A stretch of 64,000 nucleotides of DNA from Candidatus Poribacteria bacterium (lineage in GTDB: Bacteria > Poribacteria > WGA-4E > UBA9662): NCBI GenBank assembly GCA_036339735.1, contig JAYZAL010000079.1, positions 32,001-96,000 of the forward strand, read 5' to 3'. The notes under the pieces are model-generated. The model made no database searches. It was not told the DNA's origin and saw only the letters and a list, made by a program, of their open reading frames with translations. Shown here piece after piece: positions 1 to 10,298 of this stretch (position 1 is its first letter; every line of letters begins with the position of its first letter). Made by a program: the position numbers and the translations under genes.

Positions 1-100
1 CTATGAGGATCGAGGAATATTATAATGGCCGGCGTTTTTCAACTGTGACATTGGTGTTGCACATGAGACGATAATGTCACAATAAGATCTGTTATGATTT

Positions 101-1312
101 TCACTGACAATGCTTGGATATGCGAGTTATATCTGATGCGACCAAATGCGCTAATCGTATGAGGTCTTTTGAAGGCATTGATGCATCAAAAGGCAAGTAT
201 AAGATTTTTGATAATACCAGTTGAGCTTCTGTCGGTGATTCATTCTTGTCTGCCTTAGGTAGAGCTATCAGACTGCTGCTTGCCAGAGTTGCGTCAAACC
301 CATGCTCTTTTAAACGCAGCCGCGTCTGAAGAGGATTAGAAACACAGATTGGGAATATCCAAAATGTGTGTTCTTCAGCGTAACAACCTGGCCACCAAGC
401 ATCATTTGGAAAATGACGAGTTAATTTATACCCAGAGGCCTGCCGACGTTCTACTGCCTCTGTTTTGTATCGAGATAAACGGCGATATAGTAGCGCTAAC
501 TGAGCTGTAGACGGCTGGTATTGTAGTTGGCTTGAAAGATCTCCTGTTTGAAAAGACCGGGTTAGCGACATCACGATTTGATCTGGGTCGTGACGCAATA
601 ACTCAAGAAATGTGAAAATTGCCCCATAAATGGAACTGTGATTGACTAATCTGAGAAAGCTATATTTGATTAAGCGTTGAAAAAAACTAAATGGTGTTAT
701 TGTAGGATATTCCTTGATACGACGGCTCATAGCCTGGTTTAGTTCGACCTGACGAATAGTAAATATTGCTCCTCCTAGTGCTGTCGCTGTCTTAATTGCT
801 CCGAAACTAAACATTGATACCGTTGCTGATGGATGACCTAGGTAACCATCGGCTAAGAATACTTGTGCGCAATCTTCGACCACAAAGAGATCGTGCTTCG
901 CAGCAAAATTCACTACTTCTGTTAAATCCATACGACACCCAAAAACATGCGCAACTAAAATCATACGCGTTTTTTTTGTAAGTGATAATTCCAGATGTTC
1001 CGACTTGACTGTTAAGCTTCCCATATCTATATCAATTGGGATAGGCACCAACTGATGGGATTTTAGTAGATCAATCATTTGTGGAATAGTAATAGCGGAA
1101 ACTAAAACTTCACTACCTGCGGGTAAATTTAGAGAATCTAGCAACAGATTAAATCCTGTACGAACTGAGTAACATATGAGTGTGTCATTTGGCGACGACC
1201 ATTTAGACTGAAGCTTAGATTCCCATTCAGTTCGATTGGTTTGGTGCAGGCAACGAAGCAATCCATATAAAAGATCACTCGCTTTAATATCTAGGCATTT
1301 CCGAGGATACAT
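101..1312 (-). CDS. DegT/DnrJ/EryC1/StrS-family PLP-dependent aminotransferase
   Basis: AHVFG, VVEDCAQ and FSFGAIKT (PLP lysine) motifs. Confidence 0.85.
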   Translation of the reverse strand: MYPRKCLDIKASDLLYGLLRCLHQTNRTEWESKLQSKWSSPNDTLICYSVRTGFNLLLDSLNLPAGSEVLVSAITIPQMIDLLKSHQLVPIPIDIDMGSLTVKSEHLELSLTKKTRMILVAHVFGCRMDLTEVVNFAAKHDLFVVEDCAQVFLADGYLGHPSATVSMFSFGAIKTATALGGAIFTIRQVELNQAMSRRIKEYPTITPFSFFQRLIKYSFLRLVNHSSIYGAIFTFLELLRHDPDQIVMSLTRSFQTGDLSSQLQYQPSTAQLALLYRRLSRYKTEAVERRQASGYKLTRHFPNDAWWPGCYAEEHTFWIFPICVSNPLQTRLRLKEHGFDATLASSSLIALPKADKNESPTEAQLVLSKILYLPFDASMPSKDLIRLAHLVASDITRISKHCQ

Positions 1313-1357
1313 AAAGCTATTTCCCTGTGATGATTATATTCTAATTACTAGATACTG

Positions 1358-1373
1358 AGCACACACTGTGCCA
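1358..1373 (-). promoter_or_regulatory. Putative sigma-54 promoter of the DegT-like gene
   Basis: Minus strand TGGCACAGTGTGTGCT = GG-N10-GC with TGGCAC and TGCT, about 45 nt upstream of the ATG at 1312. Confidence 0.55.
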
Positions 1374-1403
1374 CTGAAGACCTGATGGCTTTTTATTTCA
1401 GTA

Positions 1404-1431
1404 TTTACAATTTTGGAATTTCAGGTATAAT
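1404..1431 (+). promoter_or_regulatory. Putative sigma-70 promoter of the GTPase gene
   Basis: TTTACA-16-TATAAT upstream of 1511. Confidence 0.45.
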
Positions 1432-1510
1432 CTAGAGAACCAGTCTAAACCCAGCGGTAGTAAGCCTCGCTAAAAAAATGTCCCCCAAATGAATAAAACG
1501 GAGCTTCAAA

Positions 1511-4036
1511 ATGTTGTCAAATACAAGACGTGATTTTCTAAAAACTGTTGAGCCTGGGCATCGGGGTATCGTTTGCCCAGCTTGTGGAACTGTAATGGGT
1601 ATCCGCAAGGGTAGTTATAGGATGGTATTGACACAAAACGCCCGTTTCGAGTTAAACGATGCCATCAGTGAGTACCGCTTGTTTCTGCAACGATTAGAAG
1701 ACAAATTAGAGCTTATCAACATCGAAGGTATTAATCGCCCACCAATTGATAAGTATCCTTACGAAAAAGAAAAACGAGATTTTCCTACGCTGAGTTATTC
1801 TGGTTTATACGAGGAAACAAAGTGGGAGCAAAGTTCCAAAGCCTTTGTTAGTGATATTGATTATCTTGGTTGGAATAGGTTGTATCAGGAATTCCCTCGT
1901 TATAGGGATTTTAGTGGTCGTAATCAAGATGAGTCTCGCAGTCTAGAAGAAACTTTTGCTACCATCAATAATACTATTATTGCTGGTTTCGAACCTATTT
2001 CTGCGGTTGGCCCTTTGATGGATATTGTATTTGAGCAAGGTTACGTTAAAGAATGGATGCGCCAATTTAGTTCGAATCAAGACGAAAATACACCAGAATT
2101 AAAAACGCTCAACAATTTGTTAAAAGAAGTCTGCCCGAGTCTGTTTGAATACTTAAGTTTTCTTAAGGAGAATGCTACGGTTAGTACGGAAAGTAAACGT
2201 CTTGTCGAAGGGGTTCTCAGATTTCAATTCTATTTAGCTATTTTGCTTGGTCACAATTCGAAAATTGTAAATCATCGGCAGATACTAGATAAACTTGGTG
2301 TAGATCAAGAGCCTTTTCAGTTGCCAAGATTAGTTGGCATCTCACCAGAGCTACTAGAAAATCTGGTCAAATCTGAATTATTGATCGGAAACTTAGGAAT
2401 CGAATGGCCGGAGGAATTCAAGGATTTAAGGCAAGATTTGATTAAACGCTCTGCACATGAAGCTTTCAATTTGGCTGTACAGGAGCTTGAGAACAACGCG
2501 ACAGACGGTATTGAAACTGTGAAAGAAGTGTTAAAAGACTATCTCAATTCCACTAATGGTGAAAATGGATCCAATCAGATCAATCGTGCAATTGATGTTT
2601 TAAAAGACCAGATCCATCGTGTTGTCGATTTCACTTGCCCTGGCCCACCCGGGGAGCGAGTTGAAATAAGTATAGATGATGTTACCACTGATGAAAGTAT
2701 CCGATTCTGTGGTTGGTCTCCTAAACAAGAAAAAACACACTCAGTCATTTTTATAGGTAGTCCTGGTACTGGAAAATCGACAGTCATGTTATCGGGATTC
2801 ACCTCTTTTTACAACAACATCGGCTCTTTGGGAGCTACTATTACCTTTGATTCACCTTCGGATGAAGCACAAATGAGAGCTTTATCAAGCGATTATTGGC
2901 GTGGTAAATTACCAGAAAAGACTGAGAAAGGGTTCCGTCGAAGTATTAAGTTTTCCCTCGACTTTTTCAACGACTATAGCCAACTTCCAATACGTTCTAA
3001 CTTCGTGTTTTCCGATATTCCAGGTGAAAAAGCAGCTGTTAGCTTAACAGAAAATGGCTCAGATCCTTTTGTCTCTCGCATCTTAAAGAATGCTGAAGCT
3101 ATCGTCTTTTTCTTTGATCTATCCGTCGAAGCCTCAATTCGCGAGAAGATAAAAGGTCTCGGGAACGTGAAAGAGAATTTTGATCAAATGGATTTATCGC
3201 GAGACGGGAAAGCTGACATCAGCCAACGCCAGTTACTACAAAAGTTAGTTAGCGACTTATTAGTCCTACGTGGTGGGCCAGAAAAACTTAAAGGCACGCA
3301 ATTTATTTGTGTAGTTCCAAAAGCAGATCTCTATATTGCTGAAACAAGTTCAACCGAAAAAGAACGATATTTTCTAACTGAATTGTGCCAAGATTTACAG
3401 AAAGAAGAATTACTTGTATCATCTCAATTTGCACTTGAAAGTGGCAATCAATCGTACAAAGGACTATGTTCACTCGGTGGGGCGGGCTTGGCTGATCCTG
3501 GTCAAGATCGCTTGCAACACCAACGAGATTTAGCTCGATTTGTCTCTGATAAATCGAGCCAATACCTAGAAAATATTGGTAATGCTATTGGCAGTTTGCC
3601 TGAACTAAAGCGACACCGCGATGCTTTAGCTGATCAATTCCGCAGCATGAAATTGATGTTGCAACATCATTTCGGTCAAGAGAATGTCTATTTTTTACCC
3701 GTTTCGGCACAGGGGGAAAACGTTATTCGATCGACCGAGGAGGAAAACAAAGACAGCGACCAATTTACCTTTTTAGATGAGTCTGACCAGTTGGGCAACT
3801 CAGACCCAAATGGTCATTCTAGCCATCAGGAACGAAATTCAACTGAATTAGGTTATCCTCCAAACCAAAAATTAGCTGAGTATGTTTTTGTCCTGCCTGT
3901 TACTCTCTTAGCTGACCATCAATCAGAAGTTTCTTTTGACAATCAAGAGGTGTTATCGGAATTAGAAGTCGGGGTTCCAAATGCTGAATATCAAGGTAAT
4001 GGAGAAGCAAATGCACCCGTTTCCTCATCGGAATAA
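1511..4036 (+). CDS. TRAFAC-class GTPase-domain protein (double-GTPase/DO-GTPase-like) with N-terminal CxxC and helical region
   Basis: G1 GSPGTGKS, G2 PEKT, G3 DIPGE, G4 PKAD, G5 VSAQG; N-terminal CPACG; acidic low-complexity tail. Confidence 0.7.
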   Translation: MLSNTRRDFLKTVEPGHRGIVCPACGTVMGIRKGSYRMVLTQNARFELNDAISEYRLFLQRLEDKLELINIEGINRPPIDKYPYEKEKRDFPTLSYSGLYEETKWEQSSKAFVSDIDYLGWNRLYQEFPRYRDFSGRNQDESRSLEETFATINNTIIAGFEPISAVGPLMDIVFEQGYVKEWMRQFSSNQDENTPELKTLNNLLKEVCPSLFEYLSFLKENATVSTESKRLVEGVLRFQFYLAILLGHNSKIVNHRQILDKLGVDQEPFQLPRLVGISPELLENLVKSELLIGNLGIEWPEEFKDLRQDLIKRSAHEAFNLAVQELENNATDGIETVKEVLKDYLNSTNGENGSNQINRAIDVLKDQIHRVVDFTCPGPPGERVEISIDDVTTDESIRFCGWSPKQEKTHSVIFIGSPGTGKSTVMLSGFTSFYNNIGSLGATITFDSPSDEAQMRALSSDYWRGKLPEKTEKGFRRSIKFSLDFFNDYSQLPIRSNFVFSDIPGEKAAVSLTENGSDPFVSRILKNAEAIVFFFDLSVEASIREKIKGLGNVKENFDQMDLSRDGKADISQRQLLQKLVSDLLVLRGGPEKLKGTQFICVVPKADLYIAETSSTEKERYFLTELCQDLQKEELLVSSQFALESGNQSYKGLCSLGGAGLADPGQDRLQHQRDLARFVSDKSSQYLENIGNAIGSLPELKRHRDALADQFRSMKLMLQHHFGQENVYFLPVSAQGENVIRSTEEENKDSDQFTFLDESDQLGNSDPNGHSSHQERNSTELGYPPNQKLAEYVFVLPVTLLADHQSEVSFDNQEVLSELEVGVPNAEYQGNGEANAPVSSSE

Positions 4037-4103
4037 CGACTTTGACTAAGTATTAATAAAATATACTTAAATTCAAATTTTGTTGGTAATTGGACTGAAC
4101 CTT

Positions 4104-6398
4104 CTAAAACGATGTACTCAAACTGGTTGTTAGGTTAAAACCAGGTGAACTGATACCAGACCCGTGCTGTCGGTAGCGACGGTTCAGTAAGTTCTCGATG
4201 TTCATATTAAGTCTTACTAGTTGCCCCAGTTTGACTCCGCCTCTCAAGTTCAACGTATACCAACCAGGGGTACCAGCATCAAGAGCCAAGCCGTTTTCAT
4301 CGAACTCTACCAATTTTGGGTCGCGAGTTTTGCCTTGGATACGTGGGTCCCTAATGTCTCCTCGGCTTAATCTTCGTTGTTCCATCGCGCCTCTAACATA
4401 AAATTCGCACCAGTAAGGCTTTTTGGGGGCTTTCCACTGTAGGGCAATCATACCCATTGGTGGCGCTTCTCGTCTGATCCTTGCCGCCCAGAATTCTTCA
4501 GGATTCGGTGGTTCACCATTGTTTTTCAAAATACGCCCCCGAGTAATGGTTCCATGACCGTACATGGTCAGCCTCGAATTTAGAACTACAGTACCAGACA
4601 GCTCAATTCCCCTGATTTGAGTTTGGTCAATATTATCCTGAATAAAAATTTCAGTATCAGGATTTTCTAATTGGATATCTTTATAAAGCTTTGGTAAATC
4701 TTTACCATCGTAGGCTTCTTTAACTGGTACGCGAGAAATCAAGTCTCGGATTTCACTATGATATAACGTGGCAGCCCCAATAAAACGAGAAAAATTAGCT
4801 TTTAAACCGGCTTCTAATGTCCAACTACTTTCCGGATCTATATCTAGGCTTGGAGCGTCAATACCTTCGTTTGTAACCTCAACTACTGTCGTATCATTCA
4901 AGTTGGGGGACCGGAATGCGGTACCGAAATTTGCCACCCAGTTCAAATTTTCAGTTATGCTGAATACGACACCTGTATTTCCAGTTAGTGCCTGTCCTGA
5001 TTTTTGATAGAGACCAAAACTGGTATCTCTGGAACTAAGATCAGCTTGTAGGTCGTAATGAGTGAGCCGACCTCCTAACACCAGTTGCAAATCAGACCAA
5101 ACTTCAACTTCGCTCTGAGCAAATAGGTTTAAGTCGGAAGCCGAGGAATTATTGGGAAAGCGCCCCCAATCTGAGTCAACTTGTTCTATACGAGTAGCAA
5201 GATTTGTTTTTACTGTTCGGCTTGACAGTCGGTCCAAATAGAAATCTCCACCGAAAATGATTCGCTGTTGGGGTAAGCTGGTACTCACAGCTTGACCAGA
5301 TAAGCCAAAAGTTCCTACTTCATCAAATTGCTCTTTCTGTTCATTTAGGTTTGTCGCTTTAATTTGTTTTCGACCTTCTAACTGTTGTTGATAAGATAGG
5401 GTTACAGTAGCTTCGTCTATGAACTTAATTGGTTTTTTCGATTCATACGTAGCATAGAGTAGGTTTCTATTCTGTGGTGAAAATTGATATAACTCGTATT
5501 CTTTTGTCGATATTTTATCATAGCGGTTTAGTTCTGGCTGTCTCCATGTCTGATAACAGAATGAAATTTGTTGGTCTTTATTGATCTTATAGCCTAGTTT
5601 AGCCGTAGCATCAATACCTGACCAACCCAATGGTTCTTCATCTTTTTTAATCCATGAATTTTTGGGTAAAGGATCGGGTTTGTCACCAACAATTTCAAAT
5701 TTCCGATTGTTATAGTGCAAATTGTAGCCTGAACCTAGTTTTTGGTTCCCAAATCTCCGTACGGAACTCGTTACAAAAAAAGCTAAATCATTTGTGCCCC
5801 CATGGAGACCAAGCATTCCAACCCTTCCACTTTGAGCTGAAGTGAAACGGAGGTTTGCAAGTGGGACTAAACTAAATTTTTTATCATTTCTATAATTCAA
5901 TCGATGGGAATAGACACTGATTACTCCACCAATTGCTCCGCTACCATATAGCATAGAATTTGGGCCGCGTAATACTTCTATCCTATCCAGCCCGTGTGGC
6001 GCGATAGTAGAAAGATACTGATTCGGACCAGAGCGAAATGTCGAGTTATTTAAACGAACATTATCAATTTGAAGTAGTGTTTGGTAACCGGTAAGTCCGC
6101 GCAGAATAGGGGATCCTTGTCCTACTGTGGTTTGTTGGGCTAAGATGCCAACGGTTTCCGCCAAAATCTGAGGTGTTATTGTTGCGGTTATTCTTTCCAT
6201 TTGTGATTTTTCAATAACCGAAATAGAATTTGGTGTGCGAAATGTTTCTTTAGCAATCCGGTTAGCAGATACTGATATTTCTCCCATTTTAATGGCTTCA
6301 GCCTGAGAATCAGATTCCCCTTGACTTATCAAGTTAATTAATCCGCTTACTATGGAAAGGAACAGAAAGTAAAACCTACCCTGTATATATTGATTCAT
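4104..6398 (-). CDS. TonB-dependent receptor
   Basis: Signal peptide, ISVSANR TonB-box-like segment, plug motif RIEVLRGPNSMLYGSGAIGGVI, AFRSPNL, IENLLNRRY, terminal F. Confidence 0.93.
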   Translation of the reverse strand: MNQYIQGRFYFLFLSIVSGLINLISQGESDSQAEAIKMGEISVSANRIAKETFRTPNSISVIEKSQMERITATITPQILAETVGILAQQTTVGQGSPILRGLTGYQTLLQIDNVRLNNSTFRSGPNQYLSTIAPHGLDRIEVLRGPNSMLYGSGAIGGVISVYSHRLNYRNDKKFSLVPLANLRFTSAQSGRVGMLGLHGGTNDLAFFVTSSVRRFGNQKLGSGYNLHYNNRKFEIVGDKPDPLPKNSWIKKDEEPLGWSGIDATAKLGYKINKDQQISFCYQTWRQPELNRYDKISTKEYELYQFSPQNRNLLYATYESKKPIKFIDEATVTLSYQQQLEGRKQIKATNLNEQKEQFDEVGTFGLSGQAVSTSLPQQRIIFGGDFYLDRLSSRTVKTNLATRIEQVDSDWGRFPNNSSASDLNLFAQSEVEVWSDLQLVLGGRLTHYDLQADLSSRDTSFGLYQKSGQALTGNTGVVFSITENLNWVANFGTAFRSPNLNDTTVVEVTNEGIDAPSLDIDPESSWTLEAGLKANFSRFIGAATLYHSEIRDLISRVPVKEAYDGKDLPKLYKDIQLENPDTEIFIQDNIDQTQIRGIELSGTVVLNSRLTMYGHGTITRGRILKNNGEPPNPEEFWAARIRREAPPMGMIALQWKAPKKPYWCEFYVRGAMEQRRLSRGDIRDPRIQGKTRDPKLVEFDENGLALDAGTPGWYTLNLRGGVKLGQLVRLNMNIENLLNRRYRQHGSGISSPGFNLTTSLSTSF

Positions 6399-6443
6399 AA
6401 TTATAATTTTCTCTTGATAATTTTCAGCTAACTATATAGCGAG

Positions 6444-6458
6444 GCAATATACATGCCA
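6444..6458 (-). promoter_or_regulatory. Putative sigma-54 promoter of the TonB-dependent receptor
   Basis: Minus strand TGGCATGTATATTGC = GG-N10-GC, close to TGGCAC-N5-TTGC, about 45 nt upstream of the ATG at 6398. Confidence 0.65.
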
Positions 6459-6641
6459 TTTTTTAGATCCTAAAACACCTATTTTCAGTACTGTTTTTTT
6501 TATGACTGTTTGACTAGCGATCAATCCGTTCAAATTCTGAACATTCCCTCTGGTAAGGACAGTTGACCCTTGGCTTAATCAGCAAGAGAATATAAACTTT
6601 GGGAGAATCATTTCGTCCAAAATCTTGTTGGTTTTTGAATT

Positions 6642-8093
6642 TTGACTAGTACCACAGTAGGGGTGGGAGTAGGTAAACAGATGCGTAAAAGAGAATTAAT
6701 TGAAATGCAAATAGTCAATCAGCGGAATCTATTAGGATTGGCTGTTTTTGGACTGATGGTCATCTTTTTTCAAATTGATCGACATATTTGGGCTGAAAGC
6801 AGTATTGTTGTGGATCAATCTGAGTCCATGACTTTGGATAAATGTCTTGAGTTAGCACTTCAAAACTCTACCAGCATCAAAAATAGCCAAATCAATATTG
6901 CATTACAAAACTTGCGTATTAAAGATGCTCGTTCTAATTTTTACCCTAATTTTAGCCTAGGTGGTAACTATACTCTATCTGATCAACTCCGTAAAATCCA
7001 ACGCCAGAGGGAAAATTTAGATAAAGATACGTTTGTGTTGTTAGAGCGAGGAGAAAACTACAATTTTGGTTTGTCAGGACGTTATACAATTTGGGATTAT
7101 GGCCAGAGGGGCCTTAATCTTTTACGAGAAGAAGAATCATTAGAATCTCAGAAAAGCCGAAACGAACGCATTCGGCAAAATTTGATTTATGATGTTACCC
7201 AAGCCTTCTACAATGTACTAAAAGCGCAATCTTTGGTGGAAGTAGATAAAGAAGTCCTTCAAAGATCCAGAGATAATCGCCAAAGAGTTGAAGCTTTTGT
7301 TAAAGCTGGAATACAGATTGAAGCAGATGTAGCAGCGGCTCAAGTGAGAGAGGCCAATGATGAATTAAACTTGCTTAACAATCAAAATCAACTTGATATT
7401 GCTTTGGCGCGTCTACCTCGAGTGATGGGATTTGACCCTAGTGTTCGTATCAATATTACGAAAGTTGAGGAGGAACTGAATCAAGTCTCATTGCCAAGTA
7501 TTACGCTGGATAAAGCTATTGAAAAAGCCCTAAAAGATAGACCTGAATTTGCTGAAAATTCTGCTAGCCAAAAGAGATTGCGGTATTCGCTTAAACTCGC
7601 CCGAATTGACCGATTGCCAACAGTTGATGTGGAGTATTCACATAACATGGATTTAGATGCTTATTTTGATGACTTCTTTGATACTTATGAACACTTGGAA
7701 CATTTGAGGGATTGGCGTGCTGCTGCGACACTTAACTTTCCCTTATTTGACGCGGGTATTCGCAGGCGTCAAGTCGAGACTGCCGAATTACAGATTCAGC
7801 AGAACCAAGAAACGATCGAAGACTTGAAACGCAGCATTGCTCTCGAAACTCGTCAGTCATACCTTAACCTGACTAGAGCGGTAAAAGCGACAGAGATCGC
7901 TGAGAAACAAGTGACTAATGCCCGACTCAACTTGGATGTTACTAAAGGCCGATACGAACTTGAGCGTGCCTTTTTGCTAGAGTTGTTACAAGCACAAACC
8001 GATTATGCAAGTGCTTTAACTAATCAAGTTCGTTCTTTCTACGAATATAAAATCGCACGTACAGAACTACAGAGAGCTATGGGAGATTTATAA
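6642..8093 (+). CDS. TolC-family outer membrane efflux protein (true start probably 6681 or 6705)
   Basis: TLDKCLELALQNS, FYPNFSL, two OEP repeats, LLELLQAQ...ELQRAMG. Confidence 0.9.
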   Translation: MTSTTVGVGVGKQMRKRELIEMQIVNQRNLLGLAVFGLMVIFFQIDRHIWAESSIVVDQSESMTLDKCLELALQNSTSIKNSQINIALQNLRIKDARSNFYPNFSLGGNYTLSDQLRKIQRQRENLDKDTFVLLERGENYNFGLSGRYTIWDYGQRGLNLLREEESLESQKSRNERIRQNLIYDVTQAFYNVLKAQSLVEVDKEVLQRSRDNRQRVEAFVKAGIQIEADVAAAQVREANDELNLLNNQNQLDIALARLPRVMGFDPSVRINITKVEEELNQVSLPSITLDKAIEKALKDRPEFAENSASQKRLRYSLKLARIDRLPTVDVEYSHNMDLDAYFDDFFDTYEHLEHLRDWRAAATLNFPLFDAGIRRRQVETAELQIQQNQETIEDLKRSIALETRQSYLNLTRAVKATEIAEKQVTNARLNLDVTKGRYELERAFLLELLQAQTDYASALTNQVRSFYEYKIARTELQRAMGDL

Positions 8094-8095
8094 AA

Positions 8096-10078
8096 ATGCA
8101 GCACCGAATTTGGGGAGCAATTCTTGTTGCTTTCACTCTAATTAGCGCTGGGTGCGATAGAATCCCAATAGGGAAGAAAAAACAGGATACAGAACACAAA
8201 ACTGAAATGGTTCGTGTTGGTGAATTTAGAGTAAAGATTCGAGAAACTGGTAACTTGGAGCCATTAGTTTCCGTTGAGGTCAAATCAAATGTGTCTGGCG
8301 AGATTGAACAACTGCTGATCGAAGAAGGTGATTATGTTGAAAAAGGCCAAGAACTCTTACGTCTTGATGATGAGCAAGTTTCTGAGCGAAGAAAGCAGGC
8401 GCAAGCAAATCTTGGATCTTCCAGAGCTTCTTTGGAACAGGCTCGATCACAAACTTTTTTGACCGAAAAACGACAATCCAGTGATATCCAACAACTCAAA
8501 AATGCTGTTAAATCGGCAGAGGCCACTTTAGCTTCTGTGGAAGCTACTGCTACGCAGCAATTGAGCAGTGCTAAAACTGATATTGAACGTAGCAGAAATA
8601 TGTTAGAGCAGGACCGGATTGCTCTTAGCCAAGCCAAAATAACTCTTCAACAAGCTGAAATTCAGCTCGAACAGAATCAAGCCAACGAATCCTCTGCGAA
8701 AATTGAATTTGATAATGTTAGTGCTGAATACGACAGACAAAAAGACTTATACACCAAAAAGTATGTTTCTAAAAAATCCTTAGAAGATGCTGAACTTCGT
8801 TTATCGCAGGTAAAATCCTCTTATCAAACTGCGCAGAAAAATGTAACTTCTCAGACCAAATCTATAGAATCTCAGAAGCGAAATATCGAAGCTCGAGATC
8901 GAGCTATTGCTAACAGGCAAGCAACTATTCGATTGCAAGAACAGAATCTAGGAACGATAAAGACATCACAAGAAGCCAATACAGAACGCAGCAAAGCTGA
9001 TTTAGAATCAGCCAAAATCCGATTACAGCAGGCACTTGAAACGGTTGAGCAAGAGACTTCGGTTAGTATAAATTCGGAGATTCAAGCACAGTCTGGATTA
9101 CTACGTGCCGAAAGTGCTTTGCAGTCAATTGACGATGAGCTTGGCTGGACTGTGGTTAAGGCTCCACTATCAGGCCGTGTCACGCGATTAGCATTTGAAG
9201 AAGGCGAGATTGTAATGGGATCCCGATCAGGTTATGGTTCTCAAGGCCCAGCTATTTTGGTCATTTCAGATCTGTCCAAAATGGTGGTAAAAACAAGGAT
9301 TAACGAAGCCGAAATTTCGAAAGTAGCCTTACGTCAGCAAGCAGAAATAACGATAGATGCATATCCTAATTTATTATTCAGTGGAGAAGTTACTGAAATT
9401 GCTCCGAGTGCAAATACGGGGCAAGGATCTAGTTCTTCTGGTGTAGTAGCCTTTGAAGTTGTTATCGAAATCGCGACTTCAGAATATGAACTTCTACCTG
9501 GAATGTCGGCGAATGTTGATATTATTGTTTTCGATGAAGCATCAGTTCTGCAATTACCGATTGAGGCTGTTATTGTGTCTGAAGTGCTAACTGCTAACGT
9601 GACAGTATCGAACGCAGATCTTGGTTTATTAGTACCGAATCAATCAATTACTATCGAAACACTAGTTGGGAAAAAATACGAATCTACAGTTGGTAAAATC
9701 AATGCAAATAGTGCCCGTCATAATGTTGAGGTTTTGCTTGATAAAAATTCAAATGGATTGCGGGTAGGACCAACATCTATACACTTAATCTCTGAAGGGA
9801 AATTTGACCTCCGTGATTTGTCAACAAATATTGAGGCTGAGCGAAAATACTTTGTTCAGCTCGATGATCCAAATGCCCCTAAACTCAAAAAAGGCAAGAC
9901 AAAAAAGCGACAGAGAAAAAAGGACAAAATCGAAGAATTGAAAGGAATCAAAACAAGAGTTGAGGTTGGCCAGCGAAATAATACGCATTTTGAAATTACC
10001 AGTGGCATTTCGAGTGGTGCAGTAGTTTACGTTCCTTCCTTAGATCAACTCACCCGGGACAATAGCTCAAAAAGATAA
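8096..10078 (+). CDS. Efflux periplasmic adaptor (HlyD/MacA-like) lipoprotein with very long coiled coil
   Basis: Lipobox ISAGC, lipoyl halves VKSNVSGEI..EGDYVEKGQ and VKAPLSGRV, beta-barrel INEAEI..LLPGMSA. Confidence 0.88.
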   Translation: MQHRIWGAILVAFTLISAGCDRIPIGKKKQDTEHKTEMVRVGEFRVKIRETGNLEPLVSVEVKSNVSGEIEQLLIEEGDYVEKGQELLRLDDEQVSERRKQAQANLGSSRASLEQARSQTFLTEKRQSSDIQQLKNAVKSAEATLASVEATATQQLSSAKTDIERSRNMLEQDRIALSQAKITLQQAEIQLEQNQANESSAKIEFDNVSAEYDRQKDLYTKKYVSKKSLEDAELRLSQVKSSYQTAQKNVTSQTKSIESQKRNIEARDRAIANRQATIRLQEQNLGTIKTSQEANTERSKADLESAKIRLQQALETVEQETSVSINSEIQAQSGLLRAESALQSIDDELGWTVVKAPLSGRVTRLAFEEGEIVMGSRSGYGSQGPAILVISDLSKMVVKTRINEAEISKVALRQQAEITIDAYPNLLFSGEVTEIAPSANTGQGSSSSGVVAFEVVIEIATSEYELLPGMSANVDIIVFDEASVLQLPIEAVIVSEVLTANVTVSNADLGLLVPNQSITIETLVGKKYESTVGKINANSARHNVEVLLDKNSNGLRVGPTSIHLISEGKFDLRDLSTNIEAERKYFVQLDDPNAPKLKKGKTKKRQRKKDKIEELKGIKTRVEVGQRNNTHFEITSGISSGAVVYVPSLDQLTRDNSSKR

Positions 10079-10298
10079 TGACTATTATTCTAAATTGGAA
10101 CTTTAAACCTCACTTTCAGATCGCCATAAGACCCTGTTAGTGTTTTACTTGCTGTGTATTACTTTATTCCAGTAATAAAGACATTCGAGTATCTTCCTTC
10201 TCCTGTTGCTCTATACCGTTTTTTACGTACTACCTAATCATTTTCCGATGTATTACACTAATTTTATCGTTATAGAAAGGTTATGACAGATAGGCTAA

